This document shows positions 30,464 to 39,979 of a stretch of 64,000 nucleotides of DNA, piece by piece. The notes under the pieces were generated by a model that saw only the letters and a list, made by a program, of their open reading frames with translations, did not search any database and had not been told where the DNA came from. Source of the stretch: Candidatus Hydrogenedentota bacterium (lineage in GTDB: Bacteria > Hydrogenedentota > Hydrogenedentia > Hydrogenedentales > JAEUWI01). Location: contig JAXMOL010000004.1 in assembly GCA_034669905.1 (NCBI GenBank), forward strand, positions 141,277 to 205,276, given 5' to 3'. The first letter of the stretch is position 1; each line of letters begins with the position of its first letter. A program made the position numbers and the translations under genes.

Positions 30464-33400
30464 CTACTCTGGGAGCAGCCTCAGGGAAATCGGAAAACGT
30501 GCCCGCAATCCGTGGTGGGTATCCAGCGTGAGATATCCCTCCAGCTGTACCCCGGAATGGCCCACCGGGAGCGTCACGGTCTTGACGGCTTCGCCCCTTG
30601 GAGGGAGATCCCCAAGCGGAAATTTGTGGAAAGACTCGCCCTGTACTTCCAGTTCGAAGCCCAAATCACGCAGGTAAAAGGGGCGACGGTTCTTGATTCG
30701 GAGCGTCACCTTTTTACCCTCCACGGCTTCGATGGACACCAGGGCATCGTCAAAGGCGCGATGGAACGCGTCGTCCATGATGCGGTGGGTGTTGTACCCG
30801 CCATCGAATACTCCCGGATGCCGATCTGAGTTTCCCTTCATATAGAAATACCCACCGGCCATTTGGGCCTCTTCTACGCCCCACCGAAAGAGGTCATCCA
30901 GGGCCTCCACACCGGTCGTCGGCACCGCACCATGGTAGGAGTTAAACTCCGTAAAAATAACCGGCATCTGGTGTGACCGGGCGATGGCGACGCTACGCTC
31001 AATCAGGGGATGACGGTCAACTGCTTTCTGCGTGTCGGAAAAGTAGTAATTGACACCCATGACGTCCTGGCCCTGCCAGAGATCTTGCCCATAGAGATTG
31101 GCATAATGCACGGGACGCTGGTAGGGATCATGAATCTGATAGAGGGGGTGCATGGCTGTCAAAAACGCGACGTGTTCCCCTCCGATCTCATTGGCAGAAT
31201 TCCAAAGCAAGACCCCGGCACTGTCGGCGTAGCGGGCGATAAAGGCGCGGGTCAGCGCCCGGGATGTGGCGAGTGGGGGACCATCCTGCCGACCAAATAT
31301 TTCCTCGGTCGAGGCCACACTGAAGGGCGCGAGGACGTCATAGGTCAGGCCATCCTCCACGGCCATGTCAATCTGCCAGCGAGCCGGGTAGTCCCCACGC
31401 AACGAATTGAAACCGAGGTCTTTGAGAATTCGCATCATGAGCCGGGTGCGGGCGGGACTGGCGCCATCCATCCCATGGACGTTGACGCCTTTCACGATGA
31501 AGGGCTCGCCGTTGACGAGCAATTGACCATCACGGGTTTCCACGACGGTCGCCACCAGGCGGTCATACCAGGTGATGCGTCCGTCGGTCGCGGTGATGTT
31601 GTAGTACCCGCCGAAATGGGGTGTAACCTCAAGAACCACTTCTTCCGATTCGACATCCGACGAAAGGGGCTCCCCAACATCCCCCTGAAGGACAATATTC
31701 ATGGGCCTTCCGTCAGGCGCGGGGACACACCGAATCCTCAGCTCTCCGTCTACGAGTTGCTCCCGAATGAAGCGGGGTCCCTGCGATTCCGTGTCGGTCA
31801 CCCAGGGAAGGGTGCTCTGCGTGAGCAATCCCCGTTCTCCATAGACCCGGAATTCCGCCATCAGGGGGCCGCGGTGGCGACCGGGTACCGAAAAATGAAA
31901 GGTCTGGGTTTTGGAAGCGTCGATAGGGCGTTCTTGTACTTCCTCAAGAATCGCCTTGCCCGAGGGAGCCAAGAGGCGAAAGAGCACTTCGACGTTCTCA
32001 TGGGGGCCATCGTTTCGGAGCGATATGGCAACCGCTTCCCCATCGGCCGTATCTTCAATGATGTGCTTACCCAAAGTCATCGCCGCACTGGAGACGTAAA
32101 AGCGTCCCGCAGGATACGACTGCCCCACGCGACTGGTAAGCACCCCAGGCACATTGTCGAGGAGGAAAGAAGCCCCGCTGCCTTCCGCGCGCAGGGATAC
32201 TTCCAGATGGTGATTTTCATCCAACACGACGGGCTGGGAAACTTTCTTTACCGTGTCATCCCGCGGAACCGTGAGCGCCACGGTTTGCCAATAGGTCTTC
32301 CCGGCTTGCCATTCGCCGAGTGGGGGAACGAGGTCCTGCACCACGTGCGCAACCCGACGTACGCCCAAGGGGTCCCGTAGATCAACCTGTAGCGACGCCC
32401 CTTCTGGTGGGGCGGCACCCTGCAAGGAGAAGGGTATTCGAAGCCTGTAGGTATTTCCCATCACGAAACTCGAGACTTCCGAGTCTACCTCTCCAAAGGA
32501 AATACGAAAGGCCGATCGGTAGTGGTCCACTGCAGCGCCCTCGTGCGCGGCCGGCGCACGGAGATCGGGGACTGCTTCCCAGGGTATTTCCAGTTCACGT
32601 TCACGAAGCCCATCGCCCTTCGGGCCTTGCAGCTCCGCCAGGGTTTCGTCTACAAAAGCCAAGGCCCGTTGCGCGCCATCCCTGTCGCCAACCTCTTGAA
32701 GCCCTTGGGCCTGTTCCAAGAGGGCCTTCGAAACCCGGAACGTCTCGTCCACCGCAGCATCGTGCGCAGAAAACGGGGAGAGAGCCGTGAGCAAGGCCGC
32801 GCGCGCGTTCAGTTGATTGACCGTCTGGCTCGGTGGGGCCACATGAAAACGACGCGTCAACGGCGTTCCCACGGACGGAGTCACGGTGAGCGCATAGGAG
32901 CCTTCGCCCAACGCCTCATCGAGCGCAAAGGACTGTGTCGAGGCGCCTTCGGCAAAGGATGCCGTAACCCGCCCGGTGGCAACGGGCTCACCTTCGATAT
33001 CGGTGACCCTATATTCAATGGCTTCTTCCACCGCCTCGTTTCGGTTTGCGAAGAGCACAACCGGGAGCGCCTCGCCGGTCGCGACCTCAGAGCGGGGGAG
33101 GTAGACGTAATTCAGCGGCGCCTCAATCGAGATATCCAAGGGGTCAAAGGCGTAGTAAGCCAGGTCGATATCCCCCGAATTAATGCGAATACCGAAGCGG
33201 TCTCCCGGCAGGGACACGGAACTTTCGATGGCCCAGCCCGTCGGCTCGGCTCCATGGGCCGGCCAGAATCTCGCACGCACCCTATCCCCTTCGATCTGCA
33301 CTTTTTGCCAAATCCATCCTGTCACATTCCATTCGTCCGTAATCAGTCCCGTGGCGACCGACTCCGCCAGCGCGTAATCCTCACCGGATTCGGGCGCAAA

Positions 33401-33793
33401 GCGAAAGGAGATGCCGGTATCGTTATCCTGCTCCAACCAGAGATGGGGCCGCACGGTCTTCGTGTTGTGCTCCAGGCCCAGATCGTCTCCAAAGGCTCCC
33501 CCGACCAACACGACGCCATCGGCATCGTGCACGGAGGCATCCCGCTCCCGATAGAGCGCCACGTAGGTCCCATCCTGTTGATGGCCCCCTTTGGCCAGCA
33601 GCAGACAGCGGGACCCCGTCAGCCGGAGTACTTCGGGGCCATAGCCCGGCGGAGCATCTTCCACGCTTGCTTGAAGGAAACGGCCATCGCCGTCATAGTC
33701 CAGATAATCCCACGCACCTGGATCGGGTTCCCCCTGATAGAGGGGGGCTGCCGGAAAAAGGCTGAGTAATGCCGCAACGAAGAATATATTCAT
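30464..33793 (-). CDS. large secreted multidomain protein with C-terminal GH-A clan (GH2-like) TIM barrel
   Basis: Signal-like N-terminus; LLVNGEPFIVKGVNVH, GFNSLR, WNSANE (acid/base), IFTEF (nucleophile). Confidence 0.7.
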   Translation of the reverse strand: MNIFFVAALLSLFPAAPLYQGEPDPGAWDYLDYDGDGRFLQASVEDAPPGYGPEVLRLTGSRCLLLAKGGHQQDGTYVALYRERDASVHDADGVVLVGGAFGDDLGLEHNTKTVRPHLWLEQDNDTGISFRFAPESGEDYALAESVATGLITDEWNVTGWIWQKVQIEGDRVRARFWPAHGAEPTGWAIESSVSLPGDRFGIRINSGDIDLAYYAFDPLDISIEAPLNYVYLPRSEVATGEALPVVLFANRNEAVEEAIEYRVTDIEGEPVATGRVTASFAEGASTQSFALDEALGEGSYALTVTPSVGTPLTRRFHVAPPSQTVNQLNARAALLTALSPFSAHDAAVDETFRVSKALLEQAQGLQEVGDRDGAQRALAFVDETLAELQGPKGDGLRERELEIPWEAVPDLRAPAAHEGAAVDHYRSAFRISFGEVDSEVSSFVMGNTYRLRIPFSLQGAAPPEGASLQVDLRDPLGVRRVAHVVQDLVPPLGEWQAGKTYWQTVALTVPRDDTVKKVSQPVVLDENHHLEVSLRAEGSGASFLLDNVPGVLTSRVGQSYPAGRFYVSSAAMTLGKHIIEDTADGEAVAISLRNDGPHENVEVLFRLLAPSGKAILEEVQERPIDASKTQTFHFSVPGRHRGPLMAEFRVYGERGLLTQSTLPWVTDTESQGPRFIREQLVDGELRIRCVPAPDGRPMNIVLQGDVGEPLSSDVESEEVVLEVTPHFGGYYNITATDGRITWYDRLVATVVETRDGQLLVNGEPFIVKGVNVHGMDGASPARTRLMMRILKDLGFNSLRGDYPARWQIDMAVEDGLTYDVLAPFSVASTEEIFGRQDGPPLATSRALTRAFIARYADSAGVLLWNSANEIGGEHVAFLTAMHPLYQIHDPYQRPVHYANLYGQDLWQGQDVMGVNYYFSDTQKAVDRHPLIERSVAIARSHQMPVIFTEFNSYHGAVPTTGVEALDDLFRWGVEEAQMAGGYFYMKGNSDRHPGVFDGGYNTHRIMDDAFHRAFDDALVSIEAVEGKKVTLRIKNRRPFYLRDLGFELEVQGESFHKFPLGDLPPRGEAVKTVTLPVGHSGVQLEGYLTLDTHHGLRARFPISLRLLPE

Positions 33794-33937
33794 GATGTGC
33801 TCCCATCAGACCAGACAAAAGAAGTCCGATGGTAACGGATAGGTACCTGCCATGCCAAGGAAATCCGGGAAGGAGCTTGCCCTGTTCACGGGACACGGCA
33901 AAGGCCACCGATTGTTCATCGGCACCCCTGCGGATAC

Positions 33938-34768
33938 TTAGCGCATGTCCATGGCGGCCATCCGACGGGCCTCGGCCTTGCCATACCACCAGCGGAGTAC
34001 CATGTATCCTGCGCCGAAGTTGATGAATCCAATGCCACCGAGTAATGCGAACATGTACCAGACCAGCCAGGGCATGTCCTGACGCCACAAGACGAGGGCA
34101 CTCAACAAGGCCGCACCGCTCGCAAAGACGAGACCGAGGGTGATGGACAACACGGGAACGCGGGCATGGCCCTTCCACGCGAAGAAGCAGGCCAGGGTGG
34201 CCCAAAGCGCACTGCCAAGACCGAAAAGGCTCCCGAGGACTCCTGCCATCGCGTGGCTCAACATCGGGCTATCCTCGGTGCTGAGAGAAAGCTGCCCCAG
34301 CGTCACACGGCCCGGACCTTCGAATCGGACGCCAAGGCGGACATGATCAATGGTATCGTCCGCCTGAAGGAAGAAGGGCGTGGACGTCAGCCGCTCCGCC
34401 GAGTCCCCGCTGAAGGTATCATTGAGCGCCCGCGAGAACCAGGCATTTTCCCCCGCTACGGCCCACATCTCCAGGTAGGCTGTCCCGGAAAGTCCTTCGC
34501 TTCCCATGAGCGCCTCATAACGCAGTACCGTTTCCGAAAGCCCGGGCGTCTCGAGCTCCCGAAGTACGATCGACGTAGGTTCCGTGCGGGTGTTTTCAAT
34601 TTCCAGCCGGGGCCCGGATGCCCTATCGACCACACGCAGCGTAACTCCCTCGGGGGGCGTCGCTTCGGCCACCCACTGGGCCAGGTTTGGTGCCTGCATC
34701 AGTCCCTCCGTGAACGCCGATGTACAGAGCGCGATGAGCAGTAGGGTAATGAAGTTCCGGGTTTTCAT
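33938..34768 (-). CDS. membrane protein with extracytoplasmic beta-rich domain and three C-terminal TM helices
   Basis: Signal peptide, soluble domain with AYLEMW...FSR...TPFFL, hydrophobic C-terminal helices; overlaps the stop of the DUF2089 gene. Confidence 0.65.
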   Translation of the reverse strand: MKTRNFITLLLIALCTSAFTEGLMQAPNLAQWVAEATPPEGVTLRVVDRASGPRLEIENTRTEPTSIVLRELETPGLSETVLRYEALMGSEGLSGTAYLEMWAVAGENAWFSRALNDTFSGDSAERLTSTPFFLQADDTIDHVRLGVRFEGPGRVTLGQLSLSTEDSPMLSHAMAGVLGSLFGLGSALWATLACFFAWKGHARVPVLSITLGLVFASGAALLSALVLWRQDMPWLVWYMFALLGGIGFINFGAGYMVLRWWYGKAEARRMAAMDMR

Positions 34769-35082
34769 GGGGAATCCTCCGTAGGAGTAAGGCACGCCTC
34801 GTGGGCGCGTAACAGGACTTTGGCCGACTCAGAACTGAGCTTTCCATCGGCCACTAACAGGCGCAGTGACTTCCGAAACGGGTCGTCATCTGCCTCGGCC
34901 TCCGCCGCTTCTACTTTGGCAATAAGCCGGTCCAGGCGGGCACGGAGGGTCGGATAGGAGACCCCGTACTCTTTCGCCAAGGCCTTCAGAGAGCCCGAGG
35001 CCAGAACAAAGCGCCGAATGAAATGGATATCTTCCTCGGCGAGGGCTTCCAACCACGGGGGCAACGCAGGTTTCACGACCAT
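34765..35082 (-). CDS. DUF2089 family HTH protein
   Basis: FIRRFVLASGSLKALAKEYGVSYPTLRARLDRLI. Confidence 0.85.
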   Translation of the reverse strand: MVVKPALPPWLEALAEEDIHFIRRFVLASGSLKALAKEYGVSYPTLRARLDRLIAKVEAAEAEADDDPFRKSLRLLVADGKLSSESAKVLLRAHEACLTPTEDSP

Positions 35083-35112
35083 CTCCTTTTAACAAAATTA
35101 AATCTTAACTAA

Positions 35113-35141
35113 ATTATACTTAAGAACAGGCCATGCGTCAA
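35113..35141 (-). promoter_or_regulatory. near-consensus sigma70 promoter for the DUF2089 operon
   Basis: Minus strand TTGACG-17 nt-TATAAT in an AT-rich patch; AAGGAG RBS downstream. Confidence 0.8.
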
Positions 35142-35268
35142 ATAATATTCAATCCCACTTACATAAAATTAAAGGGCGGCGCACTGTCGCACCCACGAAA
35201 TGTGTACCCCGTTGCACCGGTGGGAGTGCCCTGTTATGCTCACAACCGCAACCAACGGAAAGGTACCC

Positions 35269-36102
35269 ATGATGGACTATCAGGAAATCCTCTTTGACGT
35301 CAGCGACTACATCGCCACCATCACCCTCAACCGTCCCGACAAGTTGAATGCGTGGACCATGCGGATGGAAGCCGAGTATCGCGCGGCCATGGCCGATGCG
35401 GAACGGCGTGACGATGTGCGGGTCATTATTGTGACGGGTGCAGGCCGGGGGTTTTGTGCCGGTGCAGATATGAGCCTGTTAAGTGCGATTACGGGCGGCG
35501 ACGTGGACCTCGACAATGCGCAGGAGCACGAGCTTGCGGAACCCGGGGCATGGGAGGGTGTCAAGGCCGACTTTCAGAAGACCTACACCTTTCCCCTCGC
35601 GGTACGCAAGCCAATTATTGGTGCCGTTAACGGGCACGCCATGGGTATCGGGTTGGTCCACGCCATGTACTGCGACATTCGCTTCGCGAGTGACAAGGCC
35701 AGGTTTGGCACCGCGTTTTCACAGCGGGGACTCATTGCGGAGCATGGCCTGAGCTGGATGCTCCCTCGCCTGATCGGGGTGGAAAACGCCTTGGATCTAC
35801 TCTATTCCGCGCGAATCATAGAAGCCGATGAAGCCAAAGGGATGGGTCTGGTAAGCCGTGTGGTGCCCCACGATGAACTCCTGGACCGCGCCCGGGAATA
35901 CGCCACCCATCTGGCCACGATGTGTTCACCCCGTGCGCTGGGAATCATCAAGCGCCAGGTCTACGAATCCCTGCTGAGTGACCTGGGGTCCGCGACCGAT
36001 ATCGCCATCAAGGAAATGTTCGACAGTTTCGTCACCGAAGACTTTGCCGAAGGCGTGCAGTCCTTTCTGGAAAAACGTCCGCCAGAATTCACAGGGAAAT
36101 AG
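35269..36102 (+). CDS. enoyl-CoA hydratase/isomerase (crotonase) family
   Basis: ITLNRPDKLNA, GRGFCAGAD, KPIIGAVNG, DFAEGVQSFLEKRPP. Confidence 0.92.
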   Translation: MMDYQEILFDVSDYIATITLNRPDKLNAWTMRMEAEYRAAMADAERRDDVRVIIVTGAGRGFCAGADMSLLSAITGGDVDLDNAQEHELAEPGAWEGVKADFQKTYTFPLAVRKPIIGAVNGHAMGIGLVHAMYCDIRFASDKARFGTAFSQRGLIAEHGLSWMLPRLIGVENALDLLYSARIIEADEAKGMGLVSRVVPHDELLDRAREYATHLATMCSPRALGIIKRQVYESLLSDLGSATDIAIKEMFDSFVTEDFAEGVQSFLEKRPPEFTGK

Positions 36103-36112
36103 TCCGAGGCGA

Positions 36113-36781
36113 CTACGCGAGTGTAATGTCATCCCAGGCCACGTCGGGCGTAATGCTCCACGTGAGCGCGTGACACCGTTCCTGGACGACGCCCAAGGGG
36201 AACCGGGCATCTTTGTTGGATTCCGCCATGACCCGATAGGCGTGGTAGGCACAATAGAACAGGTCTTCCAATGCAATGACATCGATGACATCCCGTTGGC
36301 CCTGTTTGGCCACCAGGCGGGGGAGGTCGATGTCGAAAAGTTCGAGGAAATCCCGGTTGAGGGCAGGCCCCACATTGCTGGTCATGGGCACGCCGTCGAA
36401 GCCGGGCTGGAGATGAAATCCCAATATCCAGGCAAGGGACCACATACTCTCCGTAGCCCAACCGGCCTGATCGCGATATTCTGCCGCGCCGGCACGTTCC
36501 GTGTTGACGATATCCCGTTCCGCGTCCGTCAGCATGTCGAAGAGCCCGTTGTCATCAATATAGCGGGTCAGCACGTGGGAGGGCACCAACGCTTCGGAGG
36601 CACAGGTCCAGGCGACGGTGGCGTGCAGCCCCATGAGCCGCTGGGCAATTTCGATCCGTGAACGAAGGGTCTGGCCCGTACGCTCGGAGCAAAGGGGGAG
36701 TCCCTCAGGTGCATCCAGCCCGAATTTTGCCAGGGCGTTCCGCCCGTTCTCCCGAATGTCCTCTGCTTCCTGACGCGTCAT
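36113..36781 (-). CDS. DUF4272-like protein
   Basis: ESMWSLAWILG, DLFYCAY, VVQERCHALTW...WDDI; start at MTRQE with GAAAGG RBS. Confidence 0.65.
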   Translation of the reverse strand: MTRQEAEDIRENGRNALAKFGLDAPEGLPLCSERTGQTLRSRIEIAQRLMGLHATVAWTCASEALVPSHVLTRYIDDNGLFDMLTDAERDIVNTERAGAAEYRDQAGWATESMWSLAWILGFHLQPGFDGVPMTSNVGPALNRDFLELFDIDLPRLVAKQGQRDVIDVIALEDLFYCAYHAYRVMAESNKDARFPLGVVQERCHALTWSITPDVAWDDITLA

Positions 36782-36851
36782 GTGCAATCCCTTTCTGCCG
36801 ACATCGGTCACGACCCCATACCGGGCTGACCAACGGAAATCCCCTGTGTTG

Positions 36852-36880
36852 ACTATACGAAAAGCCGTAGTAGACGTCAA
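36852..36880 (-). promoter_or_regulatory. sigma70 promoter for the DUF4272-like gene
   Basis: Minus strand TTGACG-17 nt-TATAGT. Confidence 0.65.
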
Positions 36881-36884
36881 TACC

Positions 36885-36927
36885 AAAAAGAAAACGTTGC
36901 CTGCTGTAGGGCCTACAGCAGGCAACG
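36885..36927 (-). terminator. Rho-independent terminator of the oxidoreductase gene
   Basis: Perfect 15-bp stem CGTTGCCTGCTGTAG/CTACAGCAGGCAACG followed on the minus strand by TTTTCTTTTT. Confidence 0.88.
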
Positions 36928-36967
36928 GAACTAGCGACTATACTTCGAAAGGGCTTGACGGAACGGC

Positions 36968-38296
36968 TTAGACCGTTTCCGGTACCACGTATCCGTCACG
37001 GTAGTCACGCGTCAAGAGGGCGTTGGCTTCATCATCGCCTTTGCACAACTCGGTCTTCGTGTCAATTTCCAACACGCGATTTACCCGCGCCGCCGTCAAT
37101 GCGTAGTGCGAAAGGGCGGAGGAGTAGTGGCCTTCTTTCGGACCAGCGGTGAGGTCTTCGGCCTTGCGGCTGCGCACGCAATCGGTGAAGTTCTGGAAGT
37201 GGTTGACCGTGGCGCCGTCGAAACGTTCCTTGACCAACTCGCCTTCCTTGGCGCCCCGATAGGCCCGGTAGCCACTGTAATTCGGGAAGGTCATCCAACC
37301 TTCGGAACCGTAGAAGAGCACGCCAAAGGAGGTGCCGCCGGCTTCGTTGTTGGAGCACCAGGGGCGCACTTCCAGGGTCATCATCTTGTCTTTTCCGTCT
37401 TCGCCCTTGAACATGTAGGAGGAGGAGGAGCAATCGTATACTTCCTGGGCGTCGTCCCAGAGGAGCTTTCCACCCATGGAAGAGCAGCGATAGGGCGTAT
37501 CCACCCCCAGGCCCCAACGCGCGGCATCCAGCTGGTGCACGCCCTGGTTGCCAATGTCGCCATTGCCGTAATCCCAGACCCAGTGCCAATAGTAGTGCAC
37601 GTAGAGGCCCTTGTCTTTTTCATTCAGCATGAAAGGACGTTCCTGGGCTGGTCCCTGCCAGATATCCCAATCCAGTGCTTCGGGTGCCTTGCCGGGGTGG
37701 CCCTTACCGATGCTGGGACGCCACTTATAACAGACCGCACGGGCCATGTATACGTCGCCGATAATGCCGTTCTTAAGTTCTTCGATACCCTCGCGGAAAC
37801 CGGGGTTACTGCGAAGCTGGGTGCCGTGCTGCACGATTTTCTTGTACTTCTCGGCAGCCTTGATGACCTGGCGACCTTCGAAACAATTGTGCGTCATCGG
37901 CTTCTCGACGTACACATCTTTGCCCGCCTGGCAAGCCCAGATGGTCGCCAGGGAGTGCCAGTGATTGGGGGTGGCGATGGAGATGACGTCAATATCTTTG
38001 TCGTCCAGTACCCGGCGGATATCCTGCTCCGTCTTCGGGGCTTTCTTGCCTTTGGAAGTAAAGAACTCCTTCGTGCGCGGCTCAAAGAGGCTGGCGTCCG
38101 GATCACAAATCGTCGTGACTTCCGTGCCGTCTACGGTGGCAAATTCGTTCAGGTGGGTCTTGCCCCGACCGTTGATCCCGAGAACGGCTACCCGAATACG
38201 GTCATTGGCGCCGGCCCAAGAGGTCTTGGACGTGCCAATCAGTACTGTCGCGGCGGCAGCACCTTTTACAAAGTTTCTTCGCGATATGTCTTTCAT
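36968..38296 (-). CDS. Tat-exported Gfo/Idh/MocA family oxidoreductase
   Basis: SRRNFVK Tat motif, GINGRG, IATPNHWH, VYVEKP, GNQGVHQLD. Confidence 0.92.
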   Translation of the reverse strand: MKDISRRNFVKGAAAATVLIGTSKTSWAGANDRIRVAVLGINGRGKTHLNEFATVDGTEVTTICDPDASLFEPRTKEFFTSKGKKAPKTEQDIRRVLDDKDIDVISIATPNHWHSLATIWACQAGKDVYVEKPMTHNCFEGRQVIKAAEKYKKIVQHGTQLRSNPGFREGIEELKNGIIGDVYMARAVCYKWRPSIGKGHPGKAPEALDWDIWQGPAQERPFMLNEKDKGLYVHYYWHWVWDYGNGDIGNQGVHQLDAARWGLGVDTPYRCSSMGGKLLWDDAQEVYDCSSSSYMFKGEDGKDKMMTLEVRPWCSNNEAGGTSFGVLFYGSEGWMTFPNYSGYRAYRGAKEGELVKERFDGATVNHFQNFTDCVRSRKAEDLTAGPKEGHYSSALSHYALTAARVNRVLEIDTKTELCKGDDEANALLTRDYRDGYVVPETV

Positions 38297-38510
38297 TTGT
38301 CTAATCCTCTTGTAGGTGTGGGAACGCGATCGCTACGTAATCGTCTCCATGGTACTCAATATGGGGGCCATCCTGCAAAAGTGTTTTTCTTGAATTCTTG
38401 CGCCGCTGAAATCGTTCCTTAAAATTTGTCTGACGTACTGCATGCCCCCCTCCAAGTGGGTTATACTGGGGCGGTACAGGACACGATTCTCAGCCAGAGG
38501 TATTTATTCG

Positions 38511-39920
38511 GTGACAACCCCTTCTTCTCCCGCCCTGACCCAGGAAAGCCTGGAAGTAACCCGACAATTGCTCGACCGCTATGACCGACCGGGACCCCGC
38601 TATACCAGCTATCCCACGGCGCCCGAGTGGAACCACGAGTTCGACGCGGCGGACTACGCCAAGGCGCTCACCCGTGCGGCTCAAAACCCGGATGAACCGC
38701 TGTCGCTCTATGTGCACCTGCCCTTCTGCTGGGAGCGCTGCCACTTCTGCGGTTGCAACGTGGTCATCTCCAAACATCCCGAAGTCTCGGGAAAGTATCT
38801 GGAGTATGTGTACAAAGAAATCGGGATGGTGTCGAAACTGCTCGGTGATCGCAAGACCGTGAAGCAGCTCCACTGGGGCGGCGGCACGCCCACCTATCAG
38901 AGTGTGGAGCAGATTAAGACGCTCCATGGAAAACTCACCGAGGCCTTTGATTTTGCCCCTGATGCCGAGGTCGCTCTCGAAGTCGACCCCCGGGTGACCT
39001 CGCGGGAGCAGTTGGAAACCCTGCGGGAACTGGGCTTCAATCGTATCAGCATGGGTGTCCAGGATTTGGACCCGAAGGTACAGGCGGCAATAAACCGCAA
39101 CCAGACCGAGTCCGAAACACGAGAACTTTTCCAATCCTGCCGCGAATTGGGCTTTGACGGCATCAACCTCGACCTGATCTATGGACTTCCCGAACAAACA
39201 CCGGAAACGTGGACCAACACCATAAAGGCCGTCATTGATATCCGCCCTGACCGCCTGGCCGTCTACAGCTACGCCCACCTTCCCGAGCAGATCAAACACC
39301 AGCGCAAGATGGACGAGCATCCCCGTCCGACGGGCGCAGAGAAATATGACCTCTTTGCCATCGCGCGCAAACTCTTTGTCGCGGCCGGATACCGCATCAT
39401 CGGCATGGACCACTTCGCCCTGCCGACCGACGAACTCTCGGTGGCCCTGGACGAACGTCGCCTTCACCGTAACTTTATGGGCTACACCGTGGTACCCGCA
39501 GAAGACATGGTGGCTTTTGGCGTTTCCGGTATTGGCGAAGTGGGGGGTACCTATGCGCAGAACGAGAAGCGGCCCGCCATGTACTACAAGGCGCTGGATG
39601 CCGACACCCTGCCGACCCTCTGTGGCACCTGGCTGACCGAGGACGATGAGATCCGCCGGTGGGTCATTCGCCAGCTCATGTGCAATTTCTACCTGGATTT
39701 CGACGTACTGAAAAAGCGCTACGCCATCGACTATGACGCCTATTTTGAAGACGAAGAAAGCCGTCTCAAGGAGTTCTACGAAGAGGGCTTCCTCGTGCGT
39801 GAAGACGGCAACATCCGGGTATTGCCCCTGGGACAAGCCTTCATTCGCAATGTGGCCATGGTCTTTGACGCCCACCTGAAGAAGCCCGCCCACTTCACCA
39901 GGTTTTCGCGGACGATTTAG
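38511..39920 (+). CDS. hemN: oxygen-independent coproporphyrinogen III oxidase (radical SAM)
   Basis: GPRYTSYPTA, CWERCHFCGC, HWGGGTPT, HRNFMGY; GTG start inferred. Confidence 0.95.
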   Translation: MTTPSSPALTQESLEVTRQLLDRYDRPGPRYTSYPTAPEWNHEFDAADYAKALTRAAQNPDEPLSLYVHLPFCWERCHFCGCNVVISKHPEVSGKYLEYVYKEIGMVSKLLGDRKTVKQLHWGGGTPTYQSVEQIKTLHGKLTEAFDFAPDAEVALEVDPRVTSREQLETLRELGFNRISMGVQDLDPKVQAAINRNQTESETRELFQSCRELGFDGINLDLIYGLPEQTPETWTNTIKAVIDIRPDRLAVYSYAHLPEQIKHQRKMDEHPRPTGAEKYDLFAIARKLFVAAGYRIIGMDHFALPTDELSVALDERRLHRNFMGYTVVPAEDMVAFGVSGIGEVGGTYAQNEKRPAMYYKALDADTLPTLCGTWLTEDDEIRRWVIRQLMCNFYLDFDVLKKRYAIDYDAYFEDEESRLKEFYEEGFLVREDGNIRVLPLGQAFIRNVAMVFDAHLKKPAHFTRFSRTI

Positions 39921-39979
39921 CAGCTACGCGCGTGCAATGACACGTGGGTGTGATTGTGCGCGGGAGACATGGGGATTTC

